Made by a program: the position numbers and the translations under genes. A DNA stretch of 64,000 nucleotides from Octopus bimaculoides (Eukaryota), in assembly GCF_001194135.2 (NCBI RefSeq), contig NC_068985.1:32501995-32565994 (forward strand). Reading direction: 5' to 3'. Below are positions 40,282-54,998 of this stretch, piece after piece (position 1 is the first letter of the stretch; each line of letters opens with the position of its first letter). Under the pieces are notes generated by a model, which saw nothing but the letters and a program-made list of their open reading frames with translations, was not told where the DNA came from and ran no database searches.

Positions 40282-43200
40282 CCATTCTTATTATTACCTA
40301 ATTGCTTGCAAAATACATAGAAATGTAAGTAAGCTATGTTCAATAAAATGCATTATAAGAAAATCTTGTTATGAGACAAAATATTCTTGTCCAGTTTTTT
40401 AGTTGTTTGAGTGTAAAATCTATTAAAAGGAGATTGGTTGCTATCATTCCATTGCTGTATGCTGCTCAATTTGAATAATTTACAGAATTTCATTGTTTAA
40501 AGTTTTAGCAACACAAGCACCTCTTTTCAAAGGACTTATTTTTAGAATTTTTCACATATTTATTTAAAATTGAGAAATTAGTGTTTCCTCTGTATATTAC
40601 AGCACAACATCAGTTTTACTATATTAGTTTCACATCCACTCTACAAAATGTATATCTCCAGAAGAGTCACTCAAAACATTTATACACAAAGTAAATATGC
40701 ACGGAGGGAAAACAGTTCAATTGAAACATATATTCAAGGGATGACTTTTCTGTATAGTATTCATATGCTTTCTATGAGATTTTATTGTGGTAGCCAAGTA
40801 CTACACTCTCTCAAAAAGTGAACACCTAATAATTTTTCCTTCTCTTAAAGAATTTACTGCCACTATGTGAAATTCTGCAAGTAACTACAACTTTTCTAGT
40901 CTTGTTACTTTCTATTCTCAAAATTACAATCTGTGGGATCAGGAAGAACAAAGTATTTTTATATGATGGTGTGGGAATAAAACATTTGTAGAGCATACAT
41001 TCTTTTTTTTGCATGTGCCCCACCCCTGTATGAACGCATGTCATTTGAATTACTTTAGCTAAATGTATATTTAGTTAACAGATGTGTTCAATTACTTTTG
41101 GGAATAATTAACAGTGTGCATTTGACATGTGTGCTGTCATAGATCATGGTTGCATTGCAAATTTAGTCATGTAGTTCTTTAACAGAGGATAGGCTACTGT
41201 GGTTTAACAATTACTTTTTCCAGATTCATAGATTTGAACCAGCCACTGCAAGTAGTGACACCTTAGCTTAAAGCAGAGAACTATGTTTTATAGTACTGGT
41301 TTTGAACATGTGAGACAACCAAAAATAATAGTGTAGTAGGAGACAATCTGTTAACCTTTTGCCAGCAAACCAGATATTCTCTTGTATCTATTTAGCAACT
41401 TTTCACATTTGAGGAATGATTTGTAGTTTTTTCCAATTGTTAGCATTTAATAATGAAGAATTTGGTTGTTCTTTAAATAGATCAATTTAATTTTGTAAAA
41501 TTGTAGGGCTGTTTTGACCTCTATCCTCTATTTAAATTGAAAGAAATATTTTGATTTACATATATGTTCACAAGTTAATTATTTAATTAATGCATGTAGC
41601 TGTTCTTATAGGGTTGATCTGATTATAATTTCAATCTTGTATATTGATTCTCACTCAAAATGTGCTGTGTGGAATACAAGTAAATAGTTAAACAAATAGG
41701 GAACATCTCCATTTATTTTTTTTTAAATACAAAAGGAGTATAACTAATATAAAGTGACGAATTTAGAAATAAGTAGTGATGTACTAAATGTCATATGCGA
41801 AATATTCTCATTTGAAATTTCTGTTTTTAGTTGGGGGGCAGAGGGATAGTAATAATTGTTACATACTCTTAAAGAGGGGAGATAACTTCCTAAAATTTCA
41901 TGCCTGCGTAATAAAAAATCTGCTCTTTGCATGAAAGGGGGACATCTTTATATCAGCAGGTATTGAATTTTAAAATTATCTTGAGTCCCAGCACAATTAC
42001 AATGCGTATATTTTGTGTACAGTCTTTTAATTTGATTGAAACGAAAAATCATTTTCTTGTTACATATTAAAAGTAGTGATAATACTACAGCCAGTCACTC
42101 ATTATTTTAAAAGAGCCCACTTTTAGTTTCAACGATTAAACTGAATTTAATTGTTGTTATTAGTTAATCTATTCTCTTCCGTTTGTGGTTTTCATATCTG
42201 AACGTATCACTTCCTTCGAACTAATTATCATGTATCTGATTGTTTACAAGATACATGTAGAAATATATGCAAACTGTTTTTTGTTCCTAACATAGTATCG
42301 TCTAATCATAATCAGGCTTGCCTTGCTCAGCTGACATTATATATACACACATACCGTGTACGTGTATTTGCCTGCAGAAATTCGACTTCTCTTAAGCATG
42401 TCACCGATTATGTATTTCCTCAATTATCTCCCTTTTTCTTTGAGACTACTTAACAAATGTTTTTTATGGTAGGAGGGGTTTCCTCCCAGCTAGAGAATTT
42501 CAGTTGAGGACTTTTTGACAGACATTTAAATGAAACACACACACACGCATGTGTAAACAGAATGAACTGAAAATTAAAGTACACATTACAATAAATTACT
42601 TCTTTGTTTTTTTCTCTCGGCAGTATATTTCAGTCTGGGAGATATAAAGCATATTAATATACATGCATGTATCCTCTTTGTTAGCTTGCCATTAGAAGAG
42701 ATTTTTCAAGCATTTTGAATAAATTACTCCATGAGTTAGTGAATAAATTCTTTAATGGTAAAAAGCACTTGATAAAATAGCTGTGGTCAATTTACTTGAT
42801 TATACCTTCCTGTCAAATGTGGCCTTATGTCAATGTTAGAAATTTATTATTAAAAGCTATATATTTGATTCCTTTCAAATTTGAAACTTAAATCTGAAAA
42901 TTACACTTTCTTTAGAGTTTGAATCTATACTTTTTCTTTGAAAAATCAGTTTTTTTCAAAGAAACAGTATACTAATTTCAGATTTATTTCAACCTGTAGG
43001 TTAAATAAACAACTAGCATAAAATGTTTAAGCCAAATTTAGAAGCTTAAAATGTCTCAACACTTTTTGACATCTTTAAATCAAAACTACAGAATTATGTC
43101 ATTTTCTAATTTATTCCTATTATTATTCTTTATTCAAATAGACCCAAAACTGTTAAGTAGATACTCAGTTAATTCCTTAAGTGCAGACACTGCCAGATCA

Positions 43201-46200
43201 TGGAGTTTATAGTTTGATACTTAGCAACTGTTGTTTTTATATTAAATTACTTTTACAAAAAAAAAAAAAAAATCCTATCATTATGTAAAATAGTAATTTA
43301 ACTGTCTCACTCACATTTAATTTGTATAAAAAGCAAGAAATCTATTTTGCTGTTCCCACATGTCTCAGCTTGTTGAGCCACTGTAGTCCTATCTCTGGTG
43401 TAAAAAGTTGAATTGGTGCATGCTAACTAGTCTTTATACTAAACAATCAAAGCAAGCAGGATATCACACACACCTTTTAATATACAATTTCTTGATTTAT
43501 TGCCCTGATCTCTTCCCATCTCCGACATTGTTTTATTTAAAGGAAGCTGTTATATAACTATATTGAACTGAATAGATGAACATAAATAAAATTTAAATGA
43601 CAAACAATGTCTTTGTAGAAAACAGTTTGACTGAAATAAATTCTGGGCTTAGTTTCCAACAGAAAATGTTTCTGTTGGTGTATAATGTCATGTAAATAAA
43701 ATGTAAGTCTGATTTGTGTCTGTCTTTCTATTTCCTTTATATTGAAAAAAGGTGTTGTATTAATCCATGTTCAACATGGTTAACATGATATCATTTGCAA
43801 ATCTTTCTACATGAAAGAACTAACGTAAATTAATGTACCCAACACAATTTTGTGGTTTGTTCCTTATATGCAAGTGTGTTATAACTAAAATACATCTTTT
43901 ACTATTTCCTACCTTTTTTCTGATACAGAATTACAATTTATTTTCTCAAATATATATAACACTAACTGGCAAGGTTAATTAGTGGTTTAGGAACTTAATT
44001 TTGCCATAAATTAATTATATTGCACAAAGATTTAATTAAGAAACTTACAGAACATTGATTCAGGGTCTGTAGTCATTTATTCAATTATCTAAGCATTATC
44101 ATATTGTTTAAATCTAATTTACAATTCATTTCTTTTTTTGCATTCAAAAAGATAAAATTCAGTCACAAAAAAAAAAGAGTAAATTAAGACTAAACTTAAG
44201 CTTAATACCTATTCATCATATTGAAAGTGTAAAATTTGCTTGTACAGTGCTCAGTGGTAAGTTCTCAGATTGAATTAACAACCTGATCAGAACCACCTCA
44301 TTTATTTTGATGGTGGTTACTAAGTCTCAAATATATTTCAGTGAGAATTTCCCTCCTGGGGTGTTATGCTTATAGAGAAAACCATTGTGTATTGTTTCTT
44401 ACATACAAACCTGCTGACAAGACATTAGCTAATTATTGTATTCCTAGTAGGCAAATTGTAGTGCTTTCTAAAGGAGTAATATGTTATCAGAAGTAAGTGG
44501 TATATGTATACCTTTTAGTAAACATAATCCCAGTCGCAACTTAATGCTATACAAGCTACAAATGTCAGGTTTTTAAATTAGGTAAACGTACAGTTTAAGT
44601 GTCTACTTAAACCAGACTTATTAGGAATATTCTCAGATAACATGATCTGATTGGTTATTTAACTGCTTTTAGATAAATTTTTAAAAACTGATATTAACCC
44701 TTTTTATATGAACCTGCATGAGACTACCCTTGGTTCTATAATACAAACTTCTAAAGTGATCTAAACTAAAACTTCCATTTCATTCTATGTTCTTAACAAT
44801 GAAACAAGGATATCCAAAAAAATTAAAAGGCGAGATATCCCTGATACACACAATCCTCAGACAGTAAGTGCATGAGACGGCTGGACTCTTGCATTATAAG
44901 TACAATTCATCAGATTTTCGTTTTTTGTATACTCATCTTTACAAGGCTTAGGTCAACTTTAACCTCTGGTAAAAGATGTCCAAAATGCCACAGCAAGATC
45001 AAACCTCCGCTTGTTATTACAATCATCCATACTAATAGTTGTTAGGAAGATAACTATATCTAGACACCATGGGCAAAGTACTCAAACATTTACTTGTGGA
45101 CAGACCAAATAGCTCATTTGAATAGTGAAACAACTTTTCCCAAGTTTCAGATTGTTTCATCTCAAATCATTGCGAGATGCCATATGCATAGCTTTAATGG
45201 GTAAATAAAAACACTGGGTTTCTGCATAAAGTAAATCCAAATTCAATTCCAGTCCCGATCATGAAGAGATTAAACTAAAATATAAAACACCCTTCCAATG
45301 TTTCCATCAGGACTTTAAAAAAAATGATTTCAATCCCTAAAATTTGTATTTGTAAATAATAGAAAGCAACACTAGCTTACTGTTTAGTTTATACATATTT
45401 ATCCCTGCTTATGAAATCACAGCTTTTGCTATATCTTTATCTGAAACCTCTCAGAGTAAATCCTAACCCATTATTTAAAAGCGTTTATCAGGATTTATAA
45501 TCTGTTGATACATTTTAATGCTGCTAATAATCCATCAACTACTGTCTTACATATTCCAGCACATTGACCCACAGCGCCGATTACGACTTCGAGCAGATGA
45601 CTTATGAAATCGTCAATACTTGCACAATGACTACACATATGTAACAAGAAACAACCAATCTCAGAAAATTACTATATGACCATATTTCTAATATTTACGC
45701 AGGCTCGTGATGCAGATTGCAAAGAATACATGAATAGATCATGTAGTGTGTGTAATATCAACAATGTTCCATACTAAATCTCTGCTCTAAAAAGAAACGA
45801 CACACACCCTTATTCAGATAGACTTCCCTTTTTTTTTTTCTTATACATTTCATCTCATTTATAAAAAGAATTCTAATTTGCAGTATAAACACACCTTTCA
45901 TAAAACAAACTGATACAACTTTTGAATCAGTGTATTAACACAAAATCTATTTTAATGAGCCTAGAATATCCCAATTCATGAAAATCATATCAATAAATCC
46001 AGTGTTAATTTCGTATTTGTAACTTTTTTATTTCAATACTAACAATAACCTTTGTAGAAAATGTAACTGAATATCATGCAAGTAATTTGAAAACATTGCA
46101 GTTCTAACAATTTTCTACCACCAAGGTATTTCATGTGATGTGTACACACAGATTAATAGTTTAGAAACTTAAGTTAAGTTTATTTTGAATCGTAAAAGAT

Positions 46201-47507
46201 TTGAATATGGACAGCACATTTTTCTGAGTTGCGACTTAAGCTGATTGGTTTACTTTGTTCAGCAAGTCTTTATAAAACTTCTATATTTTTCAGTGCTAAT
46301 TAAATAAAAGGTAGCAACTGATATTGGAATATCTAATTCTAGATTTTTTTTAAATGATTTTGTCGAATGAAGAGAAAAACAATCAGGATATAATTTTATG
46401 GTCCTTACAAGTTTTAGGTTTACCAAATAAAAGGGTATAATCTGTGCAGTGGACTTAGCAAATAGTGAGGTAAGGTCAATGGGAATTTTCACTAATTCAT
46501 TAATATGGGTTTATATGTTAAAAATTGTCAAACTCAATTTTCTGGGAGCTGTTTAGCCACAAGCTGTATGAAAGGCTATGCACATTCCCTTGCTTGATAA
46601 GGGTCATTCCAGGATAGTGGTCCCAGAGACATAATGTTAGCCAGGTCCATCAGTGCTTTCCATTGCTAGTAGTCCTGTGCCAGCCCATCTGCATCCTGGA
46701 AAATCTTGTCAAACTTCAAATTTTATATGAAATATTAACACAGTATGCTATTTAGTACAACTGTCTTTTAACTGGCCGACCTATTCACCCTAATATGGTC
46801 TTATTTTAAGTTTGTGCGGCATATGCCTCCTGCTCACTGTAGCAATACACCTAAGTTGGTCTATCACTGACTATCAAAACATTTGAAAAAATGGTCAAGC
46901 AACACTACCACAAACTTTGAATGTCAAGTAATGCACAGCATGCAAATCAATATGCTGTGCATTAATTTAAGTTGGAAGTAAGATACTGTACAAATACGCA
47001 TTGATTAAGTCAGGGGACAGTACTGTGACTACTACAGTCACTCAAGATTTGGTATTCACATCAAGTTTTCCTCCATAATGGTTCATAGAGCTTTACTAGT
47101 TTTAATAGTTGCCTGGATTTCGTCAGAATTATTCATGTTTAAGCAATTCTTTTTAGAATCACCAATAAGTTATTTGACTAAATCGTTCCGAATTCTTCAT
47201 TCTCAAAATCAATTATAGGCAAAAAGGAGTATTGTATTAGAAACATGGTCCTGAAAATTACCATAAAACTAACCAGAAGTCTTACATTTATGCACTAAGA
47301 ATTCTAAAGAACTTATTGCATTAAATACTAATTCACAGTTACCAAACACTTGGAGAAAATAGTCTAGATTCTCAAGACCGACAACCTATAGTGTTACTCC
47401 AACTACATCTAGTAATAAAATGCTGTCACCAAGAAAAGCACACCTGGTCACAAAGATACATTTGCACAATAAATAAAAACAAAACAATGGATAATTTTCA
47501 GTGGAAC

Positions 47508-47513
47508 TTTAAT
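47508..47513 (-). promoter_or_regulatory. RPS14 polyadenylation signal ATTAAA
   Basis: ATTAAA 7 nt after the stop, followed about 25 nt later by a GT/T-rich tract (tgttttgtttttatttattgtg). A short 3' UTR is typical of ribosomal protein mRNAs. Confidence 0.7.
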
Positions 47514-47520
47514 CAAACAT

Positions 47521-47673
<153 letters not shown>

Positions 47674-48034
47674 TCAAAGCTTATTCCTCATAGAACTAGG
47701 GACAAACCAAGTCTATTATTCCTCCTTTAATTAATTTCAAAATACATTTGCAATGAGCAAGGTAGACTTCATCTCAGTATATTCCTGGCAGTTATTTATT
47801 CGATGAAATGAAAAACTATGTTCAGGAAAACAAAAATCTATGACTGAGATTATAAACTGTTCTATCGACTCTGAACAAATAAACCTGTTTACCACTTATT
47901 TTAGCAAAGTATCCAAATTAGATTGATATTACCTCTCAAATAGTTTCCAACAGAAAGACTAAATAAACTGCCATGGACAATATTTAATCTTTTCCAAATA
48001 TAAATTGAGAAATCAACAAAATATACAAATACTA

Positions 48035-48130
<96 letters not shown>

Positions 48131-48734
48131 TTATGAGAATGCGAGTTTTTAGAATGAATCCCACCATCTTGAAAATGTTTACAACACAGTTTAATTACAT
48201 CAAACTTGATCTAACATTGGAATAACTTGTAAAACAAATAACTTAGGCTCTTCCTTAAATAGAACTAAAAAAAATACCCCCGCTCAAATGGTGAACATGT
48301 CATGAATGTAAAATGTTGCACAAGAATTTACAAAAAAAAAAAAAGATCATTTCAATGCAGGGATTGTATTGCTGACTAAAGAGAAACCAGAGGAGACAGA
48401 ATCAATGCCATAAACTAAATGTTTCTGTATCCCATATGAATACTCTTACTACATCATCTTGTACTATAACTGAAGTCTGTCCATCACTTTGTATGTATCT
48501 GCCCCCTCCCTATTACTCCCTCAACCAAGATAGAGGAGGGGGAATAGAAGTCAGATCAGGATCAATATTGTTATGCATGAGTTGGCATAAGATCTGTCAC
48601 ACATGACAAATTCCCAATGGTAAATTAATGCATAGTTTACAATCATACACAGTTTTGGAAGTAGATAATCCTTTTACCACTAAAATCAATTTCTACTATA
48701 TTGTATACATTTTATACCACCCCTTTTGATTACA

Positions 48735-48773
<39 letters not shown>

Positions 48774-49080
48774 NNNNNNNNNNNNNNNNNNNNNNNNNNN
48801 NNNNNNNNNNNNNNNNNNNNNNNNNNNNNNNNNNNNNNNNNNNNNNNNNNNNNNNNNNNNNNNNNNNNNNNNNNNNNNNNNNNNNNNNNNNNNNNNNNNN
48901 NNNNNNNNNNNNNNNNNNNNNNNNNNNNNNNNNNNNNNNNNNNNNNNNNNNNNNNNNNNNNNNNNNNNNNNNNNNNNNNNNNNNNNNNNNNNNNNNNNNN
49001 NNNNNNNNNNNNNNNNNNNNNNNNNNNNNNNNNNNNNNNNNNNNNNNNNNNNNNNNNNNNNNNNNNNNNNNNNNNNNNNN
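48774..49080. other. Assembly gap inside an RPS14 intron
   Basis: N run flanked by (TA)n. Confidence 1.
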
Positions 49081-49865
49081 ATATATATAAAATTCTATAT
49101 TGCATTAAAAATGTTTACACCAGATACCACTGAAAATAGTTATTCCCTATCTGGCTTCATATATAGCCTGCTATTCATGATGACATGTCAATGTTAAAAA
49201 GTACCGATTCTATCTACTAGTTAGAACAGCAAGCTTACATAGTGAACAGTCAGAGATAGCAAATTTATTTGCAAGACGGAACTATAGCATTCGTGAATTC
49301 AAGTTAAATAGTGGAGAAAGTATCAAGACAAACAACTATGCAAGAAGCCTACAATACTAAGAATAATAATTCTAACAATTATATTCAGTACTCTGGTACC
49401 AATATTAATATGTGCAATTGAAATGTGTTGAGGAGCAAACAAACTTCTCCCATCCCTATTATGTATATATCAAGTAATCACTTGTTTGAGTACTGAACTA
49501 CCAACCTGCTTATGAAATCGACGGTCTAAATGTAACTCACAAGCAGAATCAGCATGATAGTGAGCCACAAGACAGCCTTTGAACAAATGCAATCCAACCG
49601 CTGCCAAACTGTTTCCAGTTAACCATTTCCACTCACAAGGATTGGCTCAACTCCAATCTCTGTAAAACCTGACCAAGAGCTGCACATTGGAATTGAACCG
49701 CAAAACTTCTTGAACCAAACTTTTTTTTTTATCATTCATAGACACACACAACTAAACAATTTTCTTTTCCTTCAACTTAATGCTGTTTAGGCTGCAAATC
49801 TGCATCCTCTACAGTTAAATACATAAAAACATTCCACAAGGAAACAACCTGCATGATCTACTCAC

Positions 49866-50027
49866 TTATTGCCTCCTGTAGCTCTAAGGCGAATATGAAG
49901 AGCTGTAATTCCAACTGTTTTGCACCTTTCTGCTACTTCTTGTGCAGCCAACATTGCAGCGTAAGGGGAAGCTTCATCTCGATCAGCCTTTACCTTCATT
50001 CCACCTGTCACACGAGCTATAGTTTCT
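49866..50027 (-). CDS. RPS14: 40S ribosomal protein S14 exon ([53 protein letters not shown])
   Basis: On the - strand, tttttcag acceptor and GTGAG donor, 162 nt. Unmistakable uS11 sequence; missed by the ORF track. Confidence 0.98.
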
Positions 50028-50709
50028 CTGAAAAACATGAAAATGTATTGTAGGAACTATTTCAATAACAATGTAACAAGGCATCATCAAATTCCAGTTT
50101 GTGACTGGAACAATGAAGTCAAACAAAATATACAGCAATGGAGATGATGTTCTAGATATCACAGAAAAAATAAACTGATTTTTCTCCATTTGTACTTTTG
50201 TTTAACAACACGAGAACCAAATGAATTTATACTCACATGGGGAATGCAAAGTGAATATTTTGCGACCTTTTGAGAATAAGATCATAAAATGTCGTAGTTT
50301 TTGTACTTATTTTAAAATAAGCATGAAAACTATTTGTAAGAAAGATAATTCTGTTTTTTACCCATTTGGAACACATTCATGCAACCAGTTTCCTATTTAA
50401 GGGTTAATTTACCATTGCTAACAACCAACAAAATAAAAAACATGCTCAAGAATATTATGTAATAGGCACTGGTTAAGATCCAGCAATCACTGTAAATCAA
50501 GAGATATAATGCAAATAAATAACTGCATCTGAGATGTCTTGCCAAACCACAAAATATCTCAAAGAAAGAATTATTTTATGACAAAATCTTGTACTGGAAA
50601 CTCAGAATAGACTATTTTGGAATGTAGTAACAGAAAATTTTGTGAGCTTCTACCTAAGAATATGTGCAATGCAATTGAGTTGAAGTAACACTTTATTAAT
50701 TAGTTCGTT

Positions 50710-51830
50710 CATCATTGACAACAATCAAGGACATCACAGAAGACAATGGGGCTCAGTGTGTTCGGCTGTGGCCAATCAGTTTGATGCATGCTCAAAAGGC
50801 TCTGCAGGACAGGAACTGTTGGTGTAGCTTCACCAGACAAGTTGGCTTTTTGCTCTTGACCCCAAAACTTATTCAGTGAAGCCTTGAATGTATCTTTAAA
50901 GTGCCTTTTCTGTCCACCTTGCATGCACTTGCCTCCTGCCAGCTCACTGTAAAAGTATTTTGGGGAGTTTCATTTCAGGTATTCAAACAAAGTGGCCAGT
51001 CCACAGTAGTGTGTAAATATTTGGTAGATCAACTTGAGAGGAGACCATGCCTAGGACTTTTTCAACAGCTTTCTCAGGCAGTTTATGTAGAAGCAGTTTA
51101 GCTTTTTGGCAGGATCTTTGTGGACCATCCAAGTCTTGCAGGCATACAGTAGCATAGACAGTACAACTGCTTGGTACACAATCAACACAGCAACTAGCCT
51201 AATGCTTCTCCTCTCCCACAATGATTCATGTAGCCACCTGAATGCTAAGTTTCCCATGGCAATGTGCATGTTGACTTTATTGTCAATGTTCACAGATCTG
51301 GAAAGTGTGCAGCCAAGGCACATGAACGCAACAACCTTCTGGGTTCCCCTTGAACAGTGACAGTTGGTTCCATATACGACTTCTGAGTACTGATTGTGAG
51401 GCCAAAGTTACTGCAGGATGTGTGGTGTCGGAGAGAGCTGTTGGACAGTCAACTTGATCTTTAACCTGCACCAACTTCAGAAGTGCCAGGAACAGAATAG
51501 AGACCAATACACGTTTGTAGACTTGACCAAGGCCTTTGAGACCAGCTGTGAGGGCATTTGGAAGATCATGTTCAAGTTCAGCAGCTTGATTAATTCATTA
51601 GCATGGTGACAGTTCCATGATGGCATGCCCACTTGAATATTGGGCAGTGGTGATTTTTCCAACGTGTTCCCAGTCACTAACATAGTCAAGCAGGACTGTG
51701 TATTCACAACTATGCTGTTCGGCATGATGTTCTCAGTCATGTTAATGGAGGTCTTCTGCATCAACAAAACCACATCAAGATCACATTCATGACGTGTAGC
51801 ACTTGAGACTGGAGGCTACAAGCAAACACC
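50710..51830. mobile_element. RTE LINE with inverted 5' part
   Basis: - strand 51350-50710: CLGCTLS..NID...LLYACKTW...GGQKRHFKD. + strand 51370-51830: QKCQEQNRD...FVDLTKAF...VKQDC. Confidence 0.82.
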
Positions 51831-52807
51831 AAAGTAGAAGAGAACTGTGATTGACTGCAGGTGACTGTGCACGCAATATCACCACAGAGTCCCAAATGCA
51901 GCAGAGCATATTGATAAAAGCAACTATTTTGTATAATGAAACAATATTATATTGTTGTGCATTTTGTAAAATAATGTAAAGTTACGTAGTCCCTCTATAT
52001 TTCTATATCCCAATTGTACTCTGACCAACTCAATGTAATTGTTGGCTAATATTGCAAGTTATGTCCCTTGCAGAAGTCATTCTAACATGTAGCTTTAGTT
52101 ACACAGATCTGGTTTCCTTCCTTTTCACTGAAGTACTTCATCTTGTTGCCAACTCATTTTTGCTAGGCATTTTTTATATACCAATGGTTTACAAATGTTG
52201 TAACTATCAAGGTACAGAAAGTTTACAAGAAAAACATCACTATTGCTCAAGTGGTGTCAATGTGAAGACAATTTCTGTCCACAAAGTTTTGATAGACTGC
52301 AGGAAACTATTACAATTAGTTTGTTTCTATGACTTCAGCACGCAAAAAAACTTATGAGTGATTTGCCTAAGTGCCACACAATGAAATCCAACTCAAACCG
52401 CATGGTTTTGAAGTGAACTTATATATGCTAATGACATATAATCATTATTTAAAGTTTGCCTTCTTACCATACTACCATGTATTGGATGGGCCAACAGGAT
52501 CCACCAAGCCCCAATACCTGCTTTTCCTACACACACACACAAAGTCAGGAGTTATGAGAAGTGAATACATTTAACCACATGACTTCCATCGTATTACAGC
52601 TATTTTGCAACCTTCATGTACTGTTAACTTCACTATGAAAAAAGTAAGCATACATATTTGCATGAATAAGTATGCTCAGCATTATACAACTGTATACTCA
52701 CAGATTACTGCAAATAAAGCTAGCTATCTCAACAGATCACCAGAATATCATGGTTACACCACCAAACTGCCAATATATTGGTGTATGTATATCAGTGTAT
52801 GTATAAT

Positions 52808-53184
52808 AAGAAGCTTGCTTCCCAACCACGCGGTTCCGGATTCAGTCCCACTGCATGGCACCTTGGACAAACCAAAGCCTTGTAAGTGGATTTGGTAGAC
52901 AGAAACTGGAGGAATGTATATATATATCTGTCTTTGTCTCATTAATGCTTGACAACTGGTGTTAGTATGTTTACATCTCTGTAACTTAGTGACTCAGCGA
53001 TTTTGGTTTGTTTACACTTGCCTAAATGTCTCCACAAGCAAAGTTCATTGTCGAATGAATGAAGGGTACTCATAAGTGGCCCAGTAACACCCCACGGTGT
53101 AAACGGGCTTCAAAAAAAATTCTGGGGTCGATTCATTTGACTAAAACCCTTCAAGGTGGTGCCAACATGGCCATAGTCAAATGC
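52808..53184 (+). mobile_element. tRNA-derived SINE family A, with an internal deletion/insertion
   Basis: Head agcttgcttcccaaccacgcggttccggattcagtcc and tail ggggtcgattcatttgactaaa. Confidence 0.75.
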
Positions 53185-54229
53185 TAAAACACATTATACA
53201 TATAAATATATATATATATTTCATCATATGTATATATACATACACAAACATCCAGAGTAAATTCATTTCAATATTACACACTCAATCCTTTCACACAACC
53301 TACCAGAACAAGTTCTAAGATAGGGTTAATTTTCTGTTTCAATTTTTAACATTGATGTTCATTTTCACTTATTCTCAAACTGAGGGAAAAGGGATAAGTT
53401 CTTAAGTGTTTTTTCCATACAGGGAAAGAAAAAAACTTTGGTGAGCTTTGATTTTTTAAGCATCAAGTTACTTCAGCTTTAAAACAGATAAGGAAAGACA
53501 AAATGTCAGAGGAAGACAAACAACAACCCAAAAAAAAAAAAAAAAAGATAAAAAGCTATGAAAACAAGAGAAGATATCTGAAGAGGCCTTACAAATCTCC
53601 TACCAAATATTAGAAAACTCAGTAATTAACATAATAGCTTACGCAAGGCCATATGAAAAACCTAGAACATACAAAATAAAAAAGGCAAAATTAAAAAAGA
53701 AAGAACACAGCTAATGATGAAGAAAAAAATTACGCAAAAATATAGGTAAATAATTGCCACATCATCATCATTATATCAATATCCACTATTCCATGCTTGC
53801 ATACATCAAACAATTCAATGAAGCAGATTTTGTATGTCTGGATGCATATCCTGTCATCAAACCACACCTGTTAGCAAGCATAGGTTTTCCTTACGGCGGG
53901 ACATGTTTTCATGTGGAGTTGGAAACGCAGCACACCATTTTTATGATGGTGGCACTAATTTACAACCATCAGGTAATGTCAAGACAATGGAACACATACA
54001 CAATGAGCTTCTTTCAGTTTCTATCTCTTAAATCTAACCATAAGTGTTTGGTCAACCCAAGACTATAGCAAATGACACTTGCCCTAGGTTGTCATGCAGT
54101 GAGACCAAACCTAGAAAGATGGCATATCCAACAGTGAGATTGGTTGGATTTTATATGATTAGTAAGTGAATGCATCATGTTTTGTGTGTGCACACAATCA
54201 CAAACAAGGTAAAAAGCAGTCAAACTTGA

Positions 54230-54530
54230 GGGCAATCACCAAAGGTTTTACTGTAAAAACCCATGTAATTTGTGCACCTGTGTAATTTACGCATCAATGG
54301 CTGCTGTGTATAACAGCAGCTTTGAACTGGTTGACCACTCTCCCTATTTTGATTTGGCCCCATCTGACTACTAGCTGTTCCCCAACATGAAAAAACACTT
54401 GGCTGGGAACCAGTATCAGTGATATGTCTACTGTTGATGACTTTTTGACTGAGAGGCTGAAAACTTCTTCATGAATGGTATCCAAGCACTGCAACACCAA
54501 CAGAGTGTGTGGACCGCAAATTACAGTAGA
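54230..54530 (+). mobile_element. mariner transposase C-terminal remnant
   Basis: ELVDHSPY..DLAPSDY*LFPNMKKHLAG (YSPDLAP motif). Confidence 0.8.
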
Positions 54531-54998
54531 CCAAATTTATTTCTCTGAGTTTGTGTCTACACTAAATAACGACATGCCAATATTCTGTATCTATATATTC
54601 AGAAGTTGTGTAGTGTTTCTATTAACCCTTTCGTTACCATATTTCTAACCATATTTCACCCCTTATGTGTTTCAATTAATTTCTAACATAATCATAAATT
54701 TAGGCTGGTTTCATTAAACAACTTTTATTTATCAACATATTAATGTGATTTTTGGAAGATAATTTAACAAAAGGTTCTCAACCAATTCTATACCAAAATT
54801 TTTGTCACAAAGTGACTTTAATTACAGGTAAATACAACAAAATATAAATTATTTAAATTTTTGTTCAAACATCGCTATAGAAAATGGGTTATTAGCTAAT
54901 ATTCAATTGGGTATACAACAAAATATTATTATAGAAGAGTTGTGCACATTACTGGATTCATTACTGTCTCTTTTGCCAGTATAAAATTAAAATCCAGA

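Noticed and set aside
50195-50300. Possible H/ACA snoRNA upstream of the RPS14 162-nt exon
   Set aside because: The first hairpin and AAAATA are plausible, but the second hairpin is short and no ACA is correctly placed.
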